From: Terrimicrobiaceae bacterium
GTDB taxonomy: Bacteria > Verrucomicrobiota > Verrucomicrobiia > Chthoniobacterales > Terrimicrobiaceae
Reading direction: 5' to 3'
Assembly (NCBI GenBank): GCA_041737265.1
Contig: JBGSSC010000475.1
Coordinates: forward strand, 1-60,609
DNA length: 60,609 nt
This document shows positions 17,513 to 24,478 of the stretch, piece by piece. The position numbers and the translations under genes were made by a program. Within the stretch, counting starts at the first letter, position 1; each line of letters begins with the position of its first letter. A model generated the notes under the pieces. It saw only the letters and a program-made list of their open reading frames with translations, had not been told where the DNA came from and made no database searches.

Positions 17513-17630
17513 GAACTGCGCGAAAAGACAAGAAGGTATTCGCATCTTGCCATTGTAGCATCAATGCGCAGGGGATAAGTTTTTGTCACTGTTTTGGCAA
17601 TCCCTCGAACCCATCTCTCACCCAAAAACT
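17513..17630 (+). promoter_or_regulatory. conserved upstream element, copy B
   Basis: It aligns with copy A over ~115 nt. The dyad CAAGA-N11-TCTTG is at 17529-17549. TTGTAG (17553-17558) -N17- TAAGTT (17576-17581). GGGGAT (17571-17576) and ATCCC (17600-17604) are inverted. The leader ATCCCTCGAACCCATCTCTCACCCAAAAAC matches copy A's ATCCCTCGAACGCAACTCGCACCCAAAAAT. It lies upstream of ATG 17648. Confidence 0.5.
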
Positions 17631-17647
17631 CCAAAAGTTCTCTTCTT

Positions 17648-18403
17648 ATGCAAACATCCTTAAATCATTGGGCACTGCCCTTGGCCGTCGCCATGGTGTT
17701 GATTTCCACGGGATTATCGGTCCGGGCAGAAGCAGATGGGCTTATTCTGAACTACGATTTTAGTCAGGCGGCGGGGGAAACCGTTGAGGATTTGTCCTCC
17801 TCGCAGCATGACGGTGAGCTTATGGGAGGGGCCTCGATTGCGGACGAAGGGACGTCGGGAAACGTGCTGGAGCTGGATGGTGTGTCAGGGATGGTGACGA
17901 TCTCGGGGCTTGATGGTTTGCGAATCAAGGACGGTCTCACCATTTCTGCAGTCGTGCGCTTTGACGACGCCGACTCCCCGGATTCCGCCGGAATGATCAT
18001 TTGGAAACCGGAGTGTTTCCTCTTCGGACGCAACGGCGAGGGACATCTTTATTTTAACATCTATTCCGGTGTGGATCCAAACACCGATGACGGTTGGCTG
18101 GCTTCGCCGGTGAGCAACGAACCCATTCCGACTGGCGAATTCGTCCATGTCGCCGTCACCGTTGAGAAGGTCAATGACGGAGCAGGCGTTAACGGCTACC
18201 AGTCTCTGCTATGGGTGAACGGACAGATCGTGACTGATAAGAAGTATAACAACGTGGTCTTTCCGGAGAATGATAATCCGGTGGATATCGGGAAAGGCTG
18301 GGGCGGACCGTGGTTTTTCAAGGGCCAGATGCAGTCGATCCAGATCTATGATCGCGCGTTGACGGCGCAGGAGATTCAGGACGCCTCTAACGATAGGAAG
18401 TAA
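17648..18403 (+). CDS. secreted stand-alone LamG (concanavalin A-like lectin, Laminin_G_3-type) domain protein
   Basis: ATG 17648 gives the signal peptide MQTSLNHWALPLAVAMVLISTGLSVRAEA. LamG pattern: VLELDGVSG...GLTISAVVRF...FVHVAVT...LWVNGQIV...VDIGKGWGGPWFFKGQMQSIQIYDRALTAQEI. About half its residues are identical to the N-terminal domain of the next gene. Confidence 0.75.
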   Translation: MQTSLNHWALPLAVAMVLISTGLSVRAEADGLILNYDFSQAAGETVEDLSSSQHDGELMGGASIADEGTSGNVLELDGVSGMVTISGLDGLRIKDGLTISAVVRFDDADSPDSAGMIIWKPECFLFGRNGEGHLYFNIYSGVDPNTDDGWLASPVSNEPIPTGEFVHVAVTVEKVNDGAGVNGYQSLLWVNGQIVTDKKYNNVVFPENDNPVDIGKGWGGPWFFKGQMQSIQIYDRALTAQEIQDASNDRK

Positions 18404-18444
18404 GGGACCCCTGACTTTTTAGGATTCGATTTGCGCCGCCGCCG

Positions 18445-21400
18445 ATGATTCGAAGACCATCCATTATGAAATTCTTATTCCTCGCATTTTTCGCGACGAC
18501 TTTAACCTTGCTCGCTGCTGCGCCGGATGAGGGGCTGGTTCTCAGCTATGACTTCGGACAGGCGGACGGCGGAAGAGTGAAGGATTTGTCTCCGCGCGGG
18601 AACGACGGAAAGCTTGAAAGAGGTGCCAAGCTGGAGGTGGACCGTCATGGGACGGTGCTGGAGTTGGATGGCGTCACGCAATTTGCCTCCGTCCCCTCCC
18701 TCACGCAGTTCCAGGTGGATCGGGGACTGACGATCTCGGCTGTCGTTCGCTTTGAAGATAAGAACCCGCCTCCGGATGACGGGGATATGATTCTGTGGAA
18801 ACCGGAAACCTTCCTGCTGGCGCGCGATGCGAATGGGCATCTTTATTTTAACCTCAATGACGGCAAAAACTGGGTGGGTGAAGTCCGCAGCACGGCCAAG
18901 CTGCCTGTGGGTGAATATGTCCATGTCGCCGCGACCGCTGAGTATGTGGACAACACCGCGCAGGGATTCGCCGGCTACCGGGTCAATCTCTGGATTAATG
19001 GCGAACCGGCGGGCAGCGGGCAATTCAATCGGGCGACCTTCGCTAAGAATGCTCAGCCGGTGGACATCGGAAAAGGGTGGGGCGGTCCGTGGTTTTTCCG
19101 AGGGCGCATCGCGAGCGTGCAGCTCTATGACCGGGCCTTGACCCAAGGCGACATCCTCGCTCGAGCTGCCGGGAGTCTTTACGTCCAAGGCGTCAAAAAA
19201 AGCGCGCCGATTCCAGCCGCAGTGCAAGCCAGACTGGACGCTCTCACGGCCGGAGCCGGGTCACCCGAAGAAGCCTGGATCATCGGAAACATCGCCCGGT
19301 TGATGCGCGATCTACGCTTTGCAGCACTCAGCGAGTCACTTCTCGACCGGGCCGAGGCGATGCAGGCCTCCAAGCTCGGCACCGCACCAAATTGGTGGCA
19401 AAAGATCACTTCGCTCTTCCAGACCAGCATACCTTGGGATGCCGTCGCATGGTGGCAGGCCAATGGCAGTCCTGGACTTCGGGTCGTTCAGGGCAGTCAG
19501 ATGCATGTTGCCCTGGCGGTGACATCGACCCACTGCGAAGTAGCTGGGATTTTTGACTCCGTGGCCCAGCGTGAATTGCTTGGAGAGATGGGTTCCTTGT
19601 GGACGGCGGAAGGACGCGACGCTTCTGGAAACAAAATCCGGATCGCTAGTGAAGAAGTTCCATCTGCCTTCTCACAAGAGCCTCAGCAAAGCGGGGACTC
19701 AACTCGGTTCACGATCACTTGGAAACATCCCGCGACACCAGGCGCGCCCTGGGGTTTCTCCGCCCGGAGCGAAATGAAGCTCCAGAATCGCCGCCTCTCA
19801 ATGAATCTCAAGGTGGACAACCAGTCTCCCGAGGTTGTCCTCGCGCAAGTCGTCTTCCCGGCCATTGCCTTCCGCCAATTAGAACAAGGCGTGGATACCC
19901 TGCTGGCTCCGGCATTTTATGGAGAAACCCGTCCGGATTTCGTGCGCAAAAACCTGTCCTATGCGAGAACCTACCCCGGTGCCGGTGCCACCATGCAATT
20001 CGGTGCCCACTACGATCAAAAGGGCGGGGTCTATTTCGGCGCGGAAGACCCCGAGGCGCAGGCCAAGCTCTTCACGATCGAAGGAAAATTTGGCCAGCTC
20101 GCGACCTCGTGGCGCTGGTATGTCGGCAACCACGGCAAGGGCGGCAACAGTTTTTCGACCAGTGGCTGGGCGGCGGTCGAGGGATTTGACGGGGATTGGT
20201 TTGATGCCGGGCGGATCTATAAACGTTGGTTGGAACGCGAAGCACCGTGGTTCCCGAAACTCGGCCGTCCGGACTCCCCGCAGTGGTATAAAGAAAACAC
20301 CGCCATCGTCCAAGGATTTGGCCAGTTTCTGGATGACTTTGTTTCCTATTTTGGCCTTCCGTTTATCTACCACGACAATGATTGGGACAAAATCGGCGGC
20401 GGATCGGCGATGGGACCCTGGCCCACAGCGGTTGCCAAGGACAATTATCGCTCGGAGGTGGAGGCACGTCAGCGAAAAGGAATCTCCACCCGGTCTTATA
20501 TGAATTACCGGATCTGGTCGCAGTCGGATCCCGCCTACCAACAAATCGGCCAATCATCCGCCGCAAAAAACCCCGATGGCAGCCTCGGCAGCACCGAAGA
20601 ATATGCCGCCGTCGGCGGTGCACCTGGACTTCACGCCGTGATGTGTCCCGCCGCACCGGCGTATCAGGCCAACCGTGGTGCGCTGTTAGAGTATATGGCC
20701 AATCAAGGCATAGGGGTGATCTACATGGACCAGATGGGCGCCGGAGAGCCTGTGCTATGCTTCGATCCCACGCACGGCCATTCCTTGGGTGGCGGGGAGA
20801 GCTGGATGAAAGAAGGCTACTGGAAATACGTCCCCGGGTTTCGACAGAAGCTCAAGAGTGCTCACCCGGAGCTAGCGATGGATACGGAGGATATGGCAGA
20901 GCCCGTGGCTAACCTTGTTGACGGATTCCTGCCATGGCGCACCTTTGCGGTCAGTCCCGGTGCGACCCCTGTGCCGCTCTTTCTCTCCATTTACGGAGGC
21001 CGCGTTCAGTTCACCGGCAAGAGCTTCGATGGTAATGATCAAAAGGCCTTTTTCGCCATCACCGGCGAGCAACTCGTCCAAGGTGAGCAACTCGGCTACA
21101 TCTGGCCAAACAAAATTCTCATGAGCGAGCCGCGCAGCGCTTTCTTCAAGCGGCTGGCCCTGACCCGACTGGCCATGCTGCCGTTTTTTAACGAAGGGGA
21201 AATGGAGCGGCCTCTCACTTTTAAAGGCCTGCCCACCTTCGTTTCCGATTGGGGCTACTATGGTCCTCGGCTGATGGAATCCCCAGCCATCATGCATGCC
21301 GTGTGGAGAAGCCCGGCGGGGGTCGCCTTGGTGTTTGTCAACGTTACTGATTCGGAGGTCAGCGCAGAAGTGGACTTTGATGGCCAACGCCATGGGCTTG

Positions 21401-22044
21401 TCGGGGAGAATCTCACATTACGCAAGGCGGATGGATCCGCCGCTGATCCGCAGCCGGTCGGAAGCCGTTTCAAACAAACCCTGCGTCTGCCGCCTTACAC
21501 GCCGGAGGTGTGGATCATCAGCCCGTCTGACGCCCCCGCACAACCGGCACTTGATCGCGCCATGAAAGGCCTGAGCGCCGCACGTGCCATCCCGATGCCG
21601 ACCCAAAACGCGAATGCGCCTCTCTCAGGCCCAGTAAATGCCCGCTACCTTCGTATCGAAGCCCGCTACGATACGATCCAAATGGCAGAATTCGAAGTCC
21701 TGTCCGGCGGGGTCAATGTGGCCCTCAATAAACAAGCAACGCAATCCTCGCAACGGGGCACTTCCACAAACGCCGGCCCGATGAAGGCCGTGGACGGCAA
21801 CACTCGTTCGCCGCTGACGAACGACTCGGCAAACTCGATGAGTGCGACCGATTTTCGGGCAGAGGAATGGTGGGAAGTGGACCTCGGACAAAGCTTCCCA
21901 ATAGACTCCCTGCGCATCCATGCCCTTTACAGTGAACCGCTGCACGAGCGCCGGATCAAGGCCCTCGATGACAAACGGGAAGTGGTTTGGGATACCGAAA
22001 TCCACCAGTCGAAACCGCTGCACGACATCACGCTTCCACAGTAA
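18445..22044 (+). CDS. secreted multidomain protein: N-terminal LamG, large uncharacterised putative glycoside-hydrolase core, C-terminal F5/8-type-C/fucolectin-like domain
   Basis: Signal peptide MKFLFLAFFATTLTLLAAAP (ATG 18445 or 18466). The LamG block ends ...GKGWGGPWFFRGRIASVQLYDRALT. The core carries CFDPTHGHSLGGGESW (~20755-20805). The C-terminal NVALNKQATQSS...AVDGNT...WWEVDLGQSFPIDSLRIH (21715-22041) is a discoidin/fucolectin-type signature. Confidence 0.65.
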   Translation: MIRRPSIMKFLFLAFFATTLTLLAAAPDEGLVLSYDFGQADGGRVKDLSPRGNDGKLERGAKLEVDRHGTVLELDGVTQFASVPSLTQFQVDRGLTISAVVRFEDKNPPPDDGDMILWKPETFLLARDANGHLYFNLNDGKNWVGEVRSTAKLPVGEYVHVAATAEYVDNTAQGFAGYRVNLWINGEPAGSGQFNRATFAKNAQPVDIGKGWGGPWFFRGRIASVQLYDRALTQGDILARAAGSLYVQGVKKSAPIPAAVQARLDALTAGAGSPEEAWIIGNIARLMRDLRFAALSESLLDRAEAMQASKLGTAPNWWQKITSLFQTSIPWDAVAWWQANGSPGLRVVQGSQMHVALAVTSTHCEVAGIFDSVAQRELLGEMGSLWTAEGRDASGNKIRIASEEVPSAFSQEPQQSGDSTRFTITWKHPATPGAPWGFSARSEMKLQNRRLSMNLKVDNQSPEVVLAQVVFPAIAFRQLEQGVDTLLAPAFYGETRPDFVRKNLSYARTYPGAGATMQFGAHYDQKGGVYFGAEDPEAQAKLFTIEGKFGQLATSWRWYVGNHGKGGNSFSTSGWAAVEGFDGDWFDAGRIYKRWLEREAPWFPKLGRPDSPQWYKENTAIVQGFGQFLDDFVSYFGLPFIYHDNDWDKIGGGSAMGPWPTAVAKDNYRSEVEARQRKGISTRSYMNYRIWSQSDPAYQQIGQSSAAKNPDGSLGSTEEYAAVGGAPGLHAVMCPAAPAYQANRGALLEYMANQGIGVIYMDQMGAGEPVLCFDPTHGHSLGGGESWMKEGYWKYVPGFRQKLKSAHPELAMDTEDMAEPVANLVDGFLPWRTFAVSPGATPVPLFLSIYGGRVQFTGKSFDGNDQKAFFAITGEQLVQGEQLGYIWPNKILMSEPRSAFFKRLALTRLAMLPFFNEGEMERPLTFKGLPTFVSDWGYYGPRLMESPAIMHAVWRSPAGVALVFVNVTDSEVSAEVDFDGQRHGLVGENLTLRKADGSAADPQPVGSRFKQTLRLPPYTPEVWIISPSDAPAQPALDRAMKGLSAARAIPMPTQNANAPLSGPVNARYLRIEARYDTIQMAEFEVLSGGVNVALNKQATQSSQRGTSTNAGPMKAVDGNTRSPLTNDSANSMSATDFRAEEWWEVDLGQSFPIDSLRIHALYSEPLHERRIKALDDKREVVWDTEIHQSKPLHDITLPQ

Positions 22045-22056
22045 TTTCCAAGTTCA

Positions 22057-22101
22057 GAATACGCAAAAAGACAAGACAATATGCGCATCTTGCCATTGTG
22101 A
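22057..22101 (+). promoter_or_regulatory. conserved upstream element, copy C (core only)
   Basis: GAATACGCAAAAAGACAAGACAATATGCGCATCTTGCCATTGTGA matches the A and B cores, with the dyad at 22072-22092. Downstream similarity is lost, but a GATAAATTTTTTT box like copy A's -10 region reappears at 22164-22176, just before ATG 22181. Confidence 0.45.
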
Positions 22102-22180
22102 AAGACGCAGCGAAGGAAGAAATTGATGTCGTTGGCGTAGCATCATCCATTCGAAAAATAGAAGATAAATTTTTTTCATA

Positions 22181-22960
22181 ATGACGATCTCGACTCCCCT
22201 AAAAAAAACCAATCAAAAAGCTGTCGGTCGGTTCATGGAGTGGAATTCCTTTTCAAAAGTCCGCCAGTGCGAGCGGGCCTTTACCTTGATCGAGCTTCTG
22301 GTGGTCATCGCCATCGTGGCGATTCTGGCCGCCTTGCTGTCGGCCGGGGTTTCCCGAATGAAAACCACGGCCAATGCTGCCAAATGCATCTCCAACTTGA
22401 GGCAGCTCTACGTTTGTGCACAGGCTTTTTCTTCGGACAACGATGGCTATCTGCCTCAGGCGGCCTGGTATTTGCCCAGGGATTTCCTTGGCATGGCCCA
22501 GTTTAAGTATCCCTCTCTGGTCGATTATGGTGCGGATAAAATCAAAGGGTGTCCCGAATCGCCCAGTCTGTCATTGACCAGTTATGGAATGAACAGTCGT
22601 CTGATCCCGTATACCTACTTTGGGGATACGGATTGGGGTCCGGGCCAGGACCGCTACTACTACCGCAGTCCCTTCAGATGGGCCAATATTACTAAGCCTG
22701 CCCAAACCCTCCTCTTCAGCGATACGGGTGCCGATTCCGTTCAATCGGCCTACTATTTTGTGAGCGGCCTCTCTGAGCTCACCGGGATAATCGATGTGAA
22801 AGGACGGAATGCGTGGAGGCACAACGGAAAATTCAATGCGGTCTTTTGCGACGGCCATGTTCAGGCCTGCGCTCCTGATGACCCAAACATCGCTACCTTC
22901 CCTTACCCGTGGATCTATAATGCGCCCCCCAGCGGATTTAATGATTTCATCACCCAGTAA
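22181..22960 (+). CDS. prepilin-type N-terminal cleavage/methylation domain protein of the H-X9-DG family (pseudopilin-like)
   Basis: Class-III-signal-like ERA-FTLIELLVVIAIVAILAALL and C-terminal HNGKFNAVFCDGH (H, nine residues, DG). The alternative ATG 22235 gives a 15-aa leader, similar to the 13-aa leader of the paralog at 44612. Confidence 0.8.
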   Translation: MTISTPLKKTNQKAVGRFMEWNSFSKVRQCERAFTLIELLVVIAIVAILAALLSAGVSRMKTTANAAKCISNLRQLYVCAQAFSSDNDGYLPQAAWYLPRDFLGMAQFKYPSLVDYGADKIKGCPESPSLSLTSYGMNSRLIPYTYFGDTDWGPGQDRYYYRSPFRWANITKPAQTLLFSDTGADSVQSAYYFVSGLSELTGIIDVKGRNAWRHNGKFNAVFCDGHVQACAPDDPNIATFPYPWIYNAPPSGFNDFITQ

Positions 22961-22975
22961 GGCTGAATAAACGTT

Positions 22976-24457
22976 ATGCTAGATAATCACTGTCTCAACG
23001 GCTGGTGGGATTTCCTGCCGGTTGAAACAAGCACACAAATTCCCGCCGAGGTTCCCGTCACCGGTTGGAACCCTGAAGCCGTTCTCACACCTTCGTGGTG
23101 GACGAAATCCCGTTGGGCAGTGCGCCGTCGCGGGGAGCGGAGTTATCGTTGCCTGCCCAAGACCGATACCTATCACGAGGACGACGAGTTTCTCTTCGAT
23201 GCCTACGGCTACCCTTTGGAGTGGGCGCAAAAGCGCTCGGGCTGGCTGCGGCGCGAATGGGTGCAGGCGAAACAACCCGATGGCCAGCGTTCGGTGCTAA
23301 CCCTCAAGGGCGTAATGCCCCGTGGCGCGCTTTTCGTGAATGGCCGTTTCGTCTGCGAACACGATGATCCTTGCATGCCCTGGACGGCGGATATCACCGC
23401 ATTCTTGCGTGAAGGCCAAAACGAATTGGCCGTCTTCATCGCCGACTTCCGCCGCGACGAACGTGGTCGCCCGCTGGTGCCGTGCGGCGCTGAATTTATC
23501 ATAACCGCCCATTGTGGGATAACGGGCGATGTTTTCCTGGCGACATATCCGGAGGTCTCCGTATCCAGGACGCAGATTCGCGCGGTCGATCCCCACACCG
23601 TGGATGTTGTCTGGCAGGTGCGTAATGATAGTGCCGAATGCGTCACGGTTACCCTGAGCCCCGATCTCGCCGAATGGAGCCGTGATCTCGATGTGTGGGC
23701 TGCGGTCACCGCCTTGCCTCTCGATTCTATAAAACTGGAAATTCCCGCCGGATCCTGCGGCGAGGCCAGCGCGCGAGTGCATCATGCCAAGGCGAAGCTT
23801 TGGGATACCACTTCGCCCAATCTCTATTCGTTGCGCACCCGGCTGGTAGTGGATGGGCGTGAGGGAGATCGCGCGACGACTCGCTTTGGTTTCCGCACGA
23901 TCCGCATCGAGGGCAAAGACATCTTGGTCAACGACCATCCCGTGCACTTTTTCTCCGACTGGGGACATAAGGCCACGCCCTTCCATCTCACCGAATCTTG
24001 GATTCGGCAATGGTTCGGTATGATGCGCGACGCCCACATGAATCACACCCGCCTCCATGCCTATGTGCATGACGAGCGGTTTCTCGAACTGGCCGATGAG
24101 CTGGGGATCTTTGTGACGGTCGAAACCAGCATTCACGGATCGGGCGGCGAACAGGCTTCGGATTCGCCGATCTATTGGGAAGCAGCCCGCAAGCAGGTCC
24201 ACGGGATGGTGAAACTTTTTGCCCATCATCCCTGCGTGGTGCTCTGGTCGGCGGAGAACGAGATGCGTTGGAACCGCGACACAACGCTGCTCTACAAAGA
24301 AGAGCTGCCGAAGATCCGTCGGCTTTTCAATGAGCTAGATCCGACGCGTCCGGCCTATCACGATGGCGACACCTCGCTCTGGGACGAGAGCGAGCTGGAG
24401 ATTATCAACCGCCACTACGGCAAAGAGGTCGCCGGTTACGGCTGGTGGGATCAGTAG
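22976..24457 (+). CDS. GH2 glycoside hydrolase, N-terminal portion (sugar-binding, Ig-like and first part of the TIM barrel), ended by an in-frame TAG
   Basis: GH2-type N-terminus LNGWWDF, LYSLRT..., FGFRTIRIEG, and acid/base block VVLWSAENEM. It stops at TAG 24455-24457, in the same frame as the next ORF. Confidence 0.75.
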   Translation: MLDNHCLNGWWDFLPVETSTQIPAEVPVTGWNPEAVLTPSWWTKSRWAVRRRGERSYRCLPKTDTYHEDDEFLFDAYGYPLEWAQKRSGWLRREWVQAKQPDGQRSVLTLKGVMPRGALFVNGRFVCEHDDPCMPWTADITAFLREGQNELAVFIADFRRDERGRPLVPCGAEFIITAHCGITGDVFLATYPEVSVSRTQIRAVDPHTVDVVWQVRNDSAECVTVTLSPDLAEWSRDLDVWAAVTALPLDSIKLEIPAGSCGEASARVHHAKAKLWDTTSPNLYSLRTRLVVDGREGDRATTRFGFRTIRIEGKDILVNDHPVHFFSDWGHKATPFHLTESWIRQWFGMMRDAHMNHTRLHAYVHDERFLELADELGIFVTVETSIHGSGGEQASDSPIYWEAARKQVHGMVKLFAHHPCVVLWSAENEMRWNRDTTLLYKEELPKIRRLFNELDPTRPAYHDGDTSLWDESELEIINRHYGKEVAGYGWWDQ

Positions 24458-24478
24458 CGACCGCTGCACGCAGGTGAA

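Noticed and set aside
21625-21715. A second, upstream discoidin domain in the 18445-22044 protein (ARYLRIEARYDTIQMAEFEV).
   Set aside because: Only a ~30-aa terminal-strand-like piece is visible, which is too short to be a domain. It may belong to the unassigned core.
24455-24457. The in-frame TAG in the GH2 gene read as pyrrolysine or recoded amber.
   Set aside because: No pyl genes or other in-frame TAGs appear in the window, and TAG is used as an ordinary stop elsewhere here. A pseudogene, sequencing error or rare read-through is more parsimonious.
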